This document shows, one piece after another, positions 48,705 to 58,331 of a stretch of 64,000 nt of DNA. Below the pieces are notes generated by a model. That model worked only from the letters and a program-made list of their open reading frames with translations. It ran no database searches and had not been told where the DNA came from. The stretch is from Elusimicrobia bacterium GWB2_63_16. Its GTDB lineage: Bacteria > Elusimicrobiota > Elusimicrobia > Elusimicrobiales > UBA9959. Location of the stretch: positions 11,115-75,114 of the forward strand of contig MGTZ01000020.1 of NCBI GenBank assembly GCA_001799715.1, read 5' to 3'. The translations under genes were made by a program, and so were the position numbers. Every line of letters starts with the position of its first letter. Within the stretch, counting starts at the first letter, position 1.

Positions 48705-49631
48705 ATGAAACCTGGCATTATACTGGGAGTGCTGCTGCTGGCACAGGGGGCGCCGCTGCGCGCCGCCGGCAGCTCCGCGGCGCAGTTCCTCAGCCTGGGC
48801 TTCGGGGCCCGGGCGCTCGGCATGGGCGAGGCGTACACGGCGGTGTCCGATGACATCTCAAGCGTCTACTATAACCCGGCCGGGCTGGCCTCCGGGGGAG
48901 AGGGGCGGGAGCTCGCTTTCTCGCACGCCTTCCACCTGGAGGACACCTCGGTCTCGCAGGCCGCCTATATGCGGCGGCCCTTCGCGGCGGCGGTCACCTA
49001 TTTCTCGGCCGGGGAGCTTGAGGGCCGCGACGCCACCGGCGGCCTGACCGGGGATTTCACGGCCAGGGACGTGGCGGCGCAGCTGTCCCGCGGCTTCAAG
49101 CTCGGGCCGCTCGATGCCGGTCTCACCGGCAGGGTGATCAGCCAGCGCATACGCTCCAGCGGGGCCACTTCCCTCTCGGCCGACGCCGGGCTGCTGTACC
49201 GCTTCGCGGGCACGCCCTGGTCGCTGGGGGCGGCGGTGACCAACCTGGGCACCCGGGTCAAGTTCGAAGAGGAGAGTTTTCCTCTGCCGCTCAGGTTCAA
49301 GGCCGGCGCGGCGGCGGCTTTCAAGGGCGCGCGGCTGCTGGTGGCGCTCGACGCGGAGTTGCCGGCCGACGGCCCGGCGCTGGCGCGGCTCGGGGCGGAA
49401 TACACCGGGCTGGAAGGCATAGCGCTGCGCCTGGGCTGGCGCACCGCGGCCTCGGGGCAAAGGGACGCGATACTGGGCAGGGGTTTCGACGAGACGTCAG
49501 GGGCGGCAGGCCTGTACGGCTTTTTCGCCGGCGCCGGTTTCGCCTACGCCGGCTTCAGCCTGGACTACGCCCTGCTGCCGTACGGCGACCTGGGCACGGC
49601 GCACCGGTTCGCGGTAGGCATGAAGTTCTAG
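48705..49631 (+). CDS. PorV/PorQ (UPF0164, FadL-like) family outer-membrane barrel
   Basis: QFLSLGFGARALGMGEAYTAVSDDISSVYYNPAGL; LDYALLPYGDLGTAHRF..KF terminal Phe; ATG after GGAGG. Confidence 0.82.
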   Translation: MKPGIILGVLLLAQGAPLRAAGSSAAQFLSLGFGARALGMGEAYTAVSDDISSVYYNPAGLASGGEGRELAFSHAFHLEDTSVSQAAYMRRPFAAAVTYFSAGELEGRDATGGLTGDFTARDVAAQLSRGFKLGPLDAGLTGRVISQRIRSSGATSLSADAGLLYRFAGTPWSLGAAVTNLGTRVKFEEESFPLPLRFKAGAAAAFKGARLLVALDAELPADGPALARLGAEYTGLEGIALRLGWRTAASGQRDAILGRGFDETSGAAGLYGFFAGAGFAYAGFSLDYALLPYGDLGTAHRFAVGMKF

Positions 49632-49725
49632 CGGGGTGCCAGGGTTGAAATAAGCGCGGGGCCCGTCGGGGGGCGCCGCGGATATTTGAACCTTTGCATT
49701 GCGTGATATTCACGGAGGCAGTCTT

Positions 49726-52700
49726 ATGAAGAAACTTATACTCGCCATCGCCATTTTCCTGGGGGCCTCGCCCCTCTGGGCCGAAGTTATGACCTACCAG
49801 GGCCGCCTGAAGGAATCGGACATTCCGGTGAGCGCCAACCGCGTCTTCCTTTTCGAATTCTGCGACGCGGAGACCAGCGGGATCTGCCATACCACGCCTT
49901 CCGGCTACCAGTCCTTCGCCGCGCAGAACGGTCTGTTCAAATCCACCTTCACCATCCCCGCGGCCGACCTGTCGCAGGGGCAGTGGTACCTGCAGGTCTC
50001 GGTGGGCCCCGATATCCCCGGTATCGTGGTTCTCACGCCCCGCGAGCGCCTTACCGCCGTGCCGTACGCCGTCTTCGCGTCCTCGGCTGGCTACGCTTCA
50101 TACGCCGCCGGGGCGGTGCAGAAGACCGGCGACACCATGAGCGGTCAGCTGACGCTGGCCGGCTCCACGCTGACGGTCACCGGCAGCGAGTTCTCCGTAG
50201 GCGGCAGCACCTTCACGGTGAAAGCGGGATACGTGGGCATAGGGGTTGACACCCCCAGTGTGCCGCTTACGCTGGGATACAATAATTTCGCCGGCTGGGA
50301 ATATTCCTCATCGAATCATAGCGTTGCCCACAAAATAGGCAAAACTTCCGACGGCGCCGGCCCGCTGCAGTTTGTTACCACCTTCAACCCCGGGGAATCC
50401 GGTGAGGTTTTCCGTTTCTCCTCCATGTACCGCGGCAATCTCCTTTCCATGCTGGCCGGAGGCGGCGTGGGCATAGGCACCGATATGCCCAGTGCGACGC
50501 TGGATATAATTTCTACCGGCACCGCGGCCGATGTGTACGCGCAGATCTGGCGCGATTCTACCGGCCTTGTCGTAGGCTCTATGAGCGCTACGGGCTTAAT
50601 GCAGGCGGTAAAGTTCGTCGGCGACGGCTCCGGCCTCTCCGGCGTTACAGGGGCTACCGACGATACAAAGGTGCTCAAGACCGGCGACACCATGACCGGC
50701 CCTCTGGCCGTCATTGTCGATACCTCCGTGGATTCGTTCGACATTCAGACTAACGGTATAAATATTTCCACGTCGGGCGCCATTACCACGGTCGGACTCG
50801 GGCTTGGCACGGCTTCGCCAGATACGCGGGGCCAGGGCGCGGCGGATCTCCAGACCCAAAGGACCGCCGCTGACCAGATAGCCTCGGGCCAGTTCTCTTC
50901 TATCTCGGGCGGCGCCCTGAATACCGCCGCGGGAGAGTACTCCGTGGTGTCCGGCGGCTATAAGAATACCGCCGCCGGCCAGGTTTCCAACGTTTCCGGC
51001 GGCCAGTTCAACACCGTTTCAGGGATCAACTCCTCCGTTTCGGGAGGTCTGTTCAATGTCGTGGCCGGTTCTAACTCGGCGGTTTCCGGCGGCGCCTACA
51101 ATACCGTGACCGGCACCTCGGCGGTGATCGCCGGCGGCGAGTATAATGTCGCGTCAGGTAAACACTCCGCGGTGGGGGGCGGTTTTCTCAACACGGCTTC
51201 TTCCTTGTATTCGGCCGTGGGCGCCGGCACGGGCAACACCGCTTCCAACACCTACTCTTACGTTGGCGGCGGCTCCGCCAACCTGGCTTCAGGCTATGTC
51301 GCCGTGGTCGCCGGCGGCGCGGCCAACCGCGCGGACGGATACCGCGCGGCGGTCGGCGGCGGTTATGATAACCGGGCTTCCGGGCAGGATTCGGTAGTCC
51401 CGGGCGGCTATAACAATACGGCGGAAGGCAATTATTCCTTCGCCGCCGGCGCGAAATCCAGCTCTACCGCGCAGGGCGCCTTTACCTGGCAGGACAGCGG
51501 CGGCACCACCATTAACCTCGTCAACGGCGTGACCGACCGCACGGTGTTCAAGAGCCGCGGCGGTTTCCTCGTGACCGGTTCCACCAATACCTCGATGACA
51601 GGCACGCAGGACCGCGGCGTGATCATGACCGGCAACGGCCTCTTGGGCATAGCCATCGACTCGCCCCAGGCCGCGTTGGACGTGGTGTCCACCGGCACCG
51701 CTTCCGACGTCTACGCGCAGATCTGGCGCGATTCTACCGGCCTTGTTGTAGGCTCTGTGAGCGCTGCGGGCTTCATGAAGGCGGTAAAGTTCGTCGGCGA
51801 CGGCTCGGGGCTTACCGGCGTGACCGGGGCTTCCGGCACGGATACTTCGAAGGTGCTCAAGGCCGGCGACACGATGACCGGAGACCTGACGATGGCGCTG
51901 GGTTCCACCATCACGGTTACCGGCAGCTCGTTCAGCGTGGGCGGCGCTACGCTGGCGGTAAGGGACGGGTTCGTGGGCATAGGAACGGCCAGCCCCGCCG
52001 CCCCGCTGACCATCGCCGGCGTGGTGGGCAACGAGATACAGTTCCCCAGCGCCGGCGGAGACATCCAGATCTTCGGTACCGGCAGCCCGGACCAGTTCCT
52101 GATCGGCGGCGCCAACACCTTCGAGGTCAATATCGCCGGCACCTACCCGATGCGGGTAAGCAATACCGGCGTCGCCGTGGATACCGTGACCGCCAACGGG
52201 ACCATCAGCGCGGCTCGCTACTATATCTCCGGCTCCCCGGCGCTGGTCTTCAGCGGCCTGGGCAATATGCTGGCCGGCAAGTCCGCCGGCGCCGTTACGA
52301 CGAGCGGCGACGCCAATACCATGGCGGGCGCCTACGCCGGAGGCTCCAATACCACCGGAGGCAGCAACGCGATGGTGGGCGCTTATTCCGGCTACAGCAA
52401 TATCTCCGGCTCCTATAACGCCCTCCTGGGCAAGGACGCCGGCTACGGCTCTTCCGGTTTTTCTTTCTCGAAAGCCGCGATGGTGGGTTACCAGGCCGGT
52501 TACGCGCTGATGCAGGGGGATAACAACGTATTTCTGGGCCACCGCGCGGGCTACAGCGTAACGGTCGGGAGCTCCAACATCGTCATCGGAGCCGACATCA
52601 CTACGCCGGAAACCGACTCCGATTACACCCTGAACATAGGCGGCGTCCTCCACGGGGACCTGGCGGCCGGGACCATCGGCATCTCCACGCGCGCGCCGCA

Positions 52701-55700
52701 GGCGGCGCTGGATATAGTGTCCACCGGCACTCTTCCTACGCAGATGGCCCAGATCTGGCGCGATTCGACCGGCCTTATCGTCGGTTCCATGAGCGTGACG
52801 GGGGCCATGCAGGCGGTGAAATTCGTGGGCAACGGCGCCGGCCTGACCGGCGTTACGGCTTTAGACGACACCAAACTGGCGCTGACCGGCGGCACTCTGG
52901 GCGGCGTCCTGAACATGAACGGCAACTTCCTGTCGGGTGTCTCCACAATCACCATGCTCAGCGGCAGCATAGCCATAGTGCCGCCCGGCACGGGCGGGAG
53001 CAATATCGGTTACGGTATTTCCATCGGCTCAAACTCCTACAACAACTATACCAGCGGTATCGGCCTGGGGCATTCCGCCCGGGATAACTACACTGGCGGC
53101 GTGGGCATCGGCGATTCCGCCTTCGATAATTACAGCTACGGCGTGGGTGTGGGCAATAACGCCACGAGCAACAACACTTCCGGCGTGGGCATCGGCAACG
53201 GCGCCTCCGGGAACAATAACTTCGGCGTCGGCATAGGCGCGCAGGCTTCAGCCAACCCGTACTACGCGGTAGGGGTGGGCGCCTATTCGCAGAATAACAA
53301 GGGCTATGGCGCGGCGCTGGGCGCCTATTCCTACGCGTCGTCCTCGGCTACCGCCCTCGGCGCGCAGGCCAGGGCCAACGCGGAGCTCAGCCTGGCGCTG
53401 GGCTACGGCACGGTCAACAATTCCACCGGCACGGCCAGCTTCGGCGCCTACGGCGTCAATGCCGCCTATTACCAGGTTAACGGCGGCACCGTATTGAACG
53501 TGCTGCCCGGCATAGGCAGCCTGGCCGTTGGCGTGGCGGCGGCGGCTTCGGATACCGGCGCTTATAATCTTTTCGTGGGCTCGGCTGCGGGCCACGGACA
53601 TAGCTCCGGCTCCAATAATGTGATGCTGGGCTACGGAGCCGGCTTTCAGAACACCACCGGCGCGGGCAATGTTTTTATAGGCGCGGCCGCCGCGAATACG
53701 AATATCAACGGCGACCAGAATATCGTGATCGGCTACAACCAGGGCACTTCCGCGCAGGGAGCTTCCAACGAACTGAATATCGGCGGCTTGATCTTCGGTC
53801 AGATCGGCGCTAAGACCGTCGGTATCTCCACTCGCGCGCCGCAGGCCGCGCTGGACGTGGTGTCTACCGGCACGGGGGCCGGCTTTTACGCGCAGATCTG
53901 GCGCGATTCCACCGGCCTCGTGGTCAGCTCCGTGAGTTCCCAGGGTATCTATTACGGCAACGGTTCCGGCCTGACCAGCCTGCCCGTGCCCTCCGGGGTG
54001 GTGCAGAAGGCGGGGGACTCTATGACCGGGGCTCTGTATCTGGACGGCACCGGCGGCAGCAATGTTTACCTGAAGATCACGCAGACCAGCGGCGGCAACC
54101 TTATTTCCGCAGGCCTGACCGGCGGCGCCACGGCGCTATTATACGCTGATGGCAGTTCTATCGGGCTGTTTAGCGAGCAAGTCTCTCACCGCGTGGGGAT
54201 CGGCGCCGGCATGACCGAGGCGCTGACCGTCACCCAGAACAGGGTGGGCGTGAACAATACTTCGCCTTTCTATACGCTGGACGTCAACGGCCCGGGCCGC
54301 TTCGCGGACCAGATCGTAGCCGGCGGCAGCGTGACGGTCGCCGGCAGCGCCTTCTCGGTGGGCGGCTCCACTTTCGTGGTGAACGCCGGCCGCGTGGGCA
54401 TAAACTGGACTACGCCCGAGGCCGCGCTGCAGGTAAGCGGGGGGGCGAAGTTCCTCTCCAGCGCCGGCACGTCCTATATACTTACGGCGGGCTCCTCCGC
54501 CAGGCCGGACATGTTCTTCGTCTCCAGCGGCGGCATCGTCGGGGCCGGTGATTTTACCGATATTTTCGTGGATACCTACGCGGTGGTCAGCCTGGCGCCG
54601 GTGCTGAAGTCCGGCGCCGACGGCGCGGTGGGCCTTACCGTTTACGCGCGCACGGATAAAGCCGCTACCGTTACCGCCACCGGCCCCGATCAGGTACTGG
54701 CAGGCGGTAATTTCGAAGCCGTGGCGGGCGGCGACGATTCTGTGACCCTGCTGGCGGCTGTCCGCACGCAGCTGCGGCGTGAAAGCGTCGGCGTCGGCGT
54801 AGTATCCAAGGCCTATGGCCTACTCGTAGACGATATCTATACCGATTCGGGCGCGGGCGTCATAACCGACACCTACGGTATTTACATCGGCGACCAGACC
54901 TCCGCTTTCGGCGGTACGCAGACCAACTCCCCCTACGCCATCTACTCTCAGGACCCCGGGGCCAAAGTGTTTTTTGCGGGTAACCTGGGACTGGGCATGT
55001 CTAACCCGGGGGCCCGCCTGGATATCGCCGCGATAGCCGACGATCCCGCTACTATGGGGCAGATCTGGCGCAATTCCCTCGGCAATATAGTCTCTTCCAT
55101 GAGCGCCACCGGCGTGATGATGTCCGCGAAGTTCGTCGGCGACGGCTCCGGGCTGACCAACGTCCCCGGCGTACAGAAGACCGGCGACACCATGACCGGG
55201 CAGCTTACTATATTCGGCTCGTCTCTCACTATCCGCCCCGCTGCGAGCGACGCCTATTCGCTGTACGTAAGTTCCGCCGACGGCTCTACCCCGGCGCTTA
55301 CGGTAAAGCCCGGCGGCGAACTGTACACCGCCGGCAGGGCGGGCATCGGTTCAGCCGCCCCGGCCGAAGCGCTGGACATATCCGGCAGGGTGTTGATATC
55401 CACCAATGCCGGCAATGTTTCTACCGACGGACTGTTCTCCAACGGTTCTGGCGGCATCGTGTTCCAAAGCGCCGGCACCACTTACCTGAAGGCGTCTTAC
55501 GGCGGCGGCTATGTCGGCATCGGCCCGAGCGCCAACGTGTACACCGATACCATGTCGCCGAAGGTGCAGGCCAGGGGCAGCATGAGCGTGGGTTCCGGCT
55601 ACAACACTTCCCATCCCCCGGCGGAAAGCCTGGTGGTCCAGGGCCGCCTGGGCATAGGTACGCCCGCGCCCGACGCGGCGCTGAGCGTGGTTCAGGCCGA

Positions 55701-58290
55701 TGTCGCCGCCTCATCGTACACTGTGCATATCGGCACTTCGGCCTCCGTCTACCACCTGGTGGTCACTACCGCCGGCTGGGTGGGCCTTAACACGCAGCGG
55801 CCCCAGGCCCCGCTGCACCTGACCGCGGCCACCAAGGACGAGGGCATAGTTGTCGAGCACAACAGCAATACTGCCGAAGGCTCCTACCTCGCCCTGCTCA
55901 AGGCGCGCGGCACGGCGCAGTCGCAGTCCCTGGTAGCCGAGGGCGACAATCTGGGCGTGCTGGCTTTCGGCGGCTATAACGGCGCCTCCGGCGACCCGTT
56001 CCCGACGGCGGCCGCGATAATCGGCCGCGTGGACGGCGCTCCTACCCTGAGCCCGGCCCTCGATATGCCCGGCCGGCTGGAGTTCATGACCGCCGCGGAC
56101 GGCACTGCTGAAACCGTGACGCGCATGGTAATACGCGGCGACGGCGGGGTCGGTATCGCTACCGGCACCCCGCAGGCTATGCTGGACATACTCTCCACCT
56201 CCACTGTCGCCCAGATCTGGCGCGACGCAACAGGCGTGGTGCGCGCCTCAATGACCGCGGACGGCACGCTCTACGCTGCGGTGGGCTCTGCGGTGCAGAA
56301 GAGCGGGGACAATATGACCGGTCCCCTGACCATAACCCCGGACCCCGCGGTCTATATCTACGACCTTATGACCAACGGCATCCAGATATCCACGGCCGGG
56401 TCCATAGTTACGGTAGGCGTCGGCAACGGCTCCATGGGCGCCGGTCAGCGCGGCATGGGCGTGGTAGACCTGCAGACGGCCAGAGCGACCATAAGCCAGG
56501 TGGCGCTGGGGGACTTTTCCACGCTTAGCGGCGGCGCCTACAACACCGCCTTCGGTTCCGGCACGGTCATGGCCGGCGGCCTTTATAACATAGCCGCGGG
56601 CACGCTGGCCGTGATCTCCGGCGGTCAGAATAACTACGCGGACGCCCGCTTCAGCGCCGTGGGCGGCGGCAAGGGCAATACGGCCAACGCGGACTACGCC
56701 GGAGTCTTCTCCGGGTCCGGGAACCTTGTGGCCGGCGCAGGGGGATTCATAGGCGGCGGCCAGGGGAACACTGTGGAGTTCAATTACGGCGCGATAGCCG
56801 GCGGCATGAACAACCTGGTGGACGTGGCGGCCGATTACGGCTTCGTGGGCGGCGGCTACGGCAATAAAGCCGCCAACACGCACGCCGCGGTGGCCGGGGG
56901 CTGGACTAACGCCGCCAACGGCATGGAAGCCTTCGTGGGCGCGGGCTACATGAACGCCGCCGACGGCGAGAAATCGGTGGTGGGCGGCGGCAATAATAAT
57001 ACGGTAACTGCTTTCGGTCTCTATTCGGCGGTAGTAGGCGGCAGCAGCAATACCGTGGCCGGCGAGGCCAGCTTCGTGGGCGGCGGCAACACCAATGTCG
57101 TCTCAGGCAAAAACTCCGTGGTGCCGGGCGGCCTTCGCAATACCGTGACCGCGATCCAGTCCGGCATAATGAGCGGCAATGATAACGTCGTTACCGGGAC
57201 CGCTTCAGTAGTCTCGGGAGGCGATCATAACGTTGTAAGCGGACAGGATTCGGTGATAGCCGGCGGCGCCAACAACAGCGCCAAAGGCTGGTGGGCCACC
57301 ATCCCCGGCGGCTACCAGAACTCCGCCGTGGGGAACTACTCGTTCGCGGCCGGCTACAAGTCCAGTTCCACGGCGGCGGGCGCGTTCACCTGGGCCGATA
57401 GCCAGGGAACAGAGGTTCTCAACGGGGTGCCCGACCAGGTCCGTTTCAAGGCTGCCGGCGGTTTCATGGTCTCCACCTCAGCCGTCTATTCCACTCCCGG
57501 CTTGTACGTCAACGAGTTCAATGCGGTGGGCATCGGCACCGCCACCACCCGCAGCGACCTGACGCTCTTTGTCAACAGGGGCGCCAGCCAGAATACGTTC
57601 CTGCTGGGCAGCGAAAGCAAAGGCCTGCGCCTGCGCGATACCGGCAGCCTCATAGATATAGAATCGGTGGGAAGCGATATTATCTTCAACGCCAGCGGGC
57701 AGGGCGCCTATTTCTACCAGGGTAAGGTAGGCTTCGGTACCACCGCCAGCGGCGTGGTCGGAACAAAAGTGGCCATAGTGCAGCCTTTCCTCACCACCGA
57801 CCCGTACGTGCTGAAGGTGGGCACCGGCACGAACCCGACCAGCCTCACCGTATCCACCTCGGGCGTGATAGGGATGCCCATGCAGTCCATGGCCAGGGCA
57901 TATGGCGCCGCGAGCGTCGGAGTGCCCTCCTCGACTTTGTGGCAGCCCGTCAGCGTCGACGCGAAGTTTGAGGACACCCAGGGTGAATATGATACCACCA
58001 CTCAAAAGTTTACCGCCACGACGGGCGGCCTCTACCTGGTGGCGGGCCATGTATGGATAGCCGCCAACGCGACGGGGTCCCGCGGTATAGGCGTCGGCAT
58101 CAACGGATCGGCTACTCCGCTGAAGCAGGCGACCGATGTCAGGGCGGCAGGCGTTTCTACCAGTGACCTCACTCTCAGTTCCGTAATAAGGCTGCTGCCA
58201 GGAGAGTTCCTCCGGCTTATGGTCTACCAGGATTCCGGTTCCACGCTGAACGTCGGCAACGCCACGTTTGACGTGGTGAAATTGAATTAA
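49726..58290 (+). CDS. Giant secreted phage-tail-fibre-like (probably trimeric) adhesin with C-terminal C1q-like domain
   Basis: Signal peptide; TYQGRL...NGLF...LTPRERLTAVPYA N-domain; repeated KxGDTMTG and VGIGT..P.A.LD shaft motifs; Gly/Asn beta-solenoid repeats; C-terminal YDTTTQKFTA..GLYLV..SSVIRL.PGE.L.L.VYQ. Confidence 0.8.
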   Translation: MKKLILAIAIFLGASPLWAEVMTYQGRLKESDIPVSANRVFLFEFCDAETSGICHTTPSGYQSFAAQNGLFKSTFTIPAADLSQGQWYLQVSVGPDIPGIVVLTPRERLTAVPYAVFASSAGYASYAAGAVQKTGDTMSGQLTLAGSTLTVTGSEFSVGGSTFTVKAGYVGIGVDTPSVPLTLGYNNFAGWEYSSSNHSVAHKIGKTSDGAGPLQFVTTFNPGESGEVFRFSSMYRGNLLSMLAGGGVGIGTDMPSATLDIISTGTAADVYAQIWRDSTGLVVGSMSATGLMQAVKFVGDGSGLSGVTGATDDTKVLKTGDTMTGPLAVIVDTSVDSFDIQTNGINISTSGAITTVGLGLGTASPDTRGQGAADLQTQRTAADQIASGQFSSISGGALNTAAGEYSVVSGGYKNTAAGQVSNVSGGQFNTVSGINSSVSGGLFNVVAGSNSAVSGGAYNTVTGTSAVIAGGEYNVASGKHSAVGGGFLNTASSLYSAVGAGTGNTASNTYSYVGGGSANLASGYVAVVAGGAANRADGYRAAVGGGYDNRASGQDSVVPGGYNNTAEGNYSFAAGAKSSSTAQGAFTWQDSGGTTINLVNGVTDRTVFKSRGGFLVTGSTNTSMTGTQDRGVIMTGNGLLGIAIDSPQAALDVVSTGTASDVYAQIWRDSTGLVVGSVSAAGFMKAVKFVGDGSGLTGVTGASGTDTSKVLKAGDTMTGDLTMALGSTITVTGSSFSVGGATLAVRDGFVGIGTASPAAPLTIAGVVGNEIQFPSAGGDIQIFGTGSPDQFLIGGANTFEVNIAGTYPMRVSNTGVAVDTVTANGTISAARYYISGSPALVFSGLGNMLAGKSAGAVTTSGDANTMAGAYAGGSNTTGGSNAMVGAYSGYSNISGSYNALLGKDAGYGSSGFSFSKAAMVGYQAGYALMQGDNNVFLGHRAGYSVTVGSSNIVIGADITTPETDSDYTLNIGGVLHGDLAAGTIGISTRAPQAALDIVSTGTLPTQMAQIWRDSTGLIVGSMSVTGAMQAVKFVGNGAGLTGVTALDDTKLALTGGTLGGVLNMNGNFLSGVSTITMLSGSIAIVPPGTGGSNIGYGISIGSNSYNNYTSGIGLGHSARDNYTGGVGIGDSAFDNYSYGVGVGNNATSNNTSGVGIGNGASGNNNFGVGIGAQASANPYYAVGVGAYSQNNKGYGAALGAYSYASSSATALGAQARANAELSLALGYGTVNNSTGTASFGAYGVNAAYYQVNGGTVLNVLPGIGSLAVGVAAAASDTGAYNLFVGSAAGHGHSSGSNNVMLGYGAGFQNTTGAGNVFIGAAAANTNINGDQNIVIGYNQGTSAQGASNELNIGGLIFGQIGAKTVGISTRAPQAALDVVSTGTGAGFYAQIWRDSTGLVVSSVSSQGIYYGNGSGLTSLPVPSGVVQKAGDSMTGALYLDGTGGSNVYLKITQTSGGNLISAGLTGGATALLYADGSSIGLFSEQVSHRVGIGAGMTEALTVTQNRVGVNNTSPFYTLDVNGPGRFADQIVAGGSVTVAGSAFSVGGSTFVVNAGRVGINWTTPEAALQVSGGAKFLSSAGTSYILTAGSSARPDMFFVSSGGIVGAGDFTDIFVDTYAVVSLAPVLKSGADGAVGLTVYARTDKAATVTATGPDQVLAGGNFEAVAGGDDSVTLLAAVRTQLRRESVGVGVVSKAYGLLVDDIYTDSGAGVITDTYGIYIGDQTSAFGGTQTNSPYAIYSQDPGAKVFFAGNLGLGMSNPGARLDIAAIADDPATMGQIWRNSLGNIVSSMSATGVMMSAKFVGDGSGLTNVPGVQKTGDTMTGQLTIFGSSLTIRPAASDAYSLYVSSADGSTPALTVKPGGELYTAGRAGIGSAAPAEALDISGRVLISTNAGNVSTDGLFSNGSGGIVFQSAGTTYLKASYGGGYVGIGPSANVYTDTMSPKVQARGSMSVGSGYNTSHPPAESLVVQGRLGIGTPAPDAALSVVQADVAASSYTVHIGTSASVYHLVVTTAGWVGLNTQRPQAPLHLTAATKDEGIVVEHNSNTAEGSYLALLKARGTAQSQSLVAEGDNLGVLAFGGYNGASGDPFPTAAAIIGRVDGAPTLSPALDMPGRLEFMTAADGTAETVTRMVIRGDGGVGIATGTPQAMLDILSTSTVAQIWRDATGVVRASMTADGTLYAAVGSAVQKSGDNMTGPLTITPDPAVYIYDLMTNGIQISTAGSIVTVGVGNGSMGAGQRGMGVVDLQTARATISQVALGDFSTLSGGAYNTAFGSGTVMAGGLYNIAAGTLAVISGGQNNYADARFSAVGGGKGNTANADYAGVFSGSGNLVAGAGGFIGGGQGNTVEFNYGAIAGGMNNLVDVAADYGFVGGGYGNKAANTHAAVAGGWTNAANGMEAFVGAGYMNAADGEKSVVGGGNNNTVTAFGLYSAVVGGSSNTVAGEASFVGGGNTNVVSGKNSVVPGGLRNTVTAIQSGIMSGNDNVVTGTASVVSGGDHNVVSGQDSVIAGGANNSAKGWWATIPGGYQNSAVGNYSFAAGYKSSSTAAGAFTWADSQGTEVLNGVPDQVRFKAAGGFMVSTSAVYSTPGLYVNEFNAVGIGTATTRSDLTLFVNRGASQNTFLLGSESKGLRLRDTGSLIDIESVGSDIIFNASGQGAYFYQGKVGFGTTASGVVGTKVAIVQPFLTTDPYVLKVGTGTNPTSLTVSTSGVIGMPMQSMARAYGAASVGVPSSTLWQPVSVDAKFEDTQGEYDTTTQKFTATTGGLYLVAGHVWIAANATGSRGIGVGINGSATPLKQATDVRAAGVSTSDLTLSSVIRLLPGEFLRLMVYQDSGSTLNVGNATFDVVKLN

Positions 58291-58331
58291 CGCGCACTGG
58301 AGGAGGCTTAGCGCTTAGCAGAAACTGACTG

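Noticed and set aside
26295-49725. Upstream-extended starts in the ORF track (26295, 29784, 29702, 48528, 49699; also 3814)
   Set aside because: Downstream ATGs fit better with RBS, signal peptide or neighbour boundaries; the extensions overlap adjacent genes or promoters.
50536-51830. Near-identical ~100-bp repeats in the fibre as a DGR template/variable pair
   Set aside because: Both copies are in-frame internal connectors, differences are not confined to adenines, and there is no reverse transcriptase in the window.
49726-58290. Prophage or tailocin tail-fibre gene
   Set aside because: Has a Sec signal peptide; no capsid, baseplate, sheath, integrase or lysis genes nearby.
49726-58290. 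Classical trimeric autotransporter (YadA-like)
   Set aside because: C-terminus is C1q-like ending VVKLN, with no YadA anchor or terminal aromatic residue.
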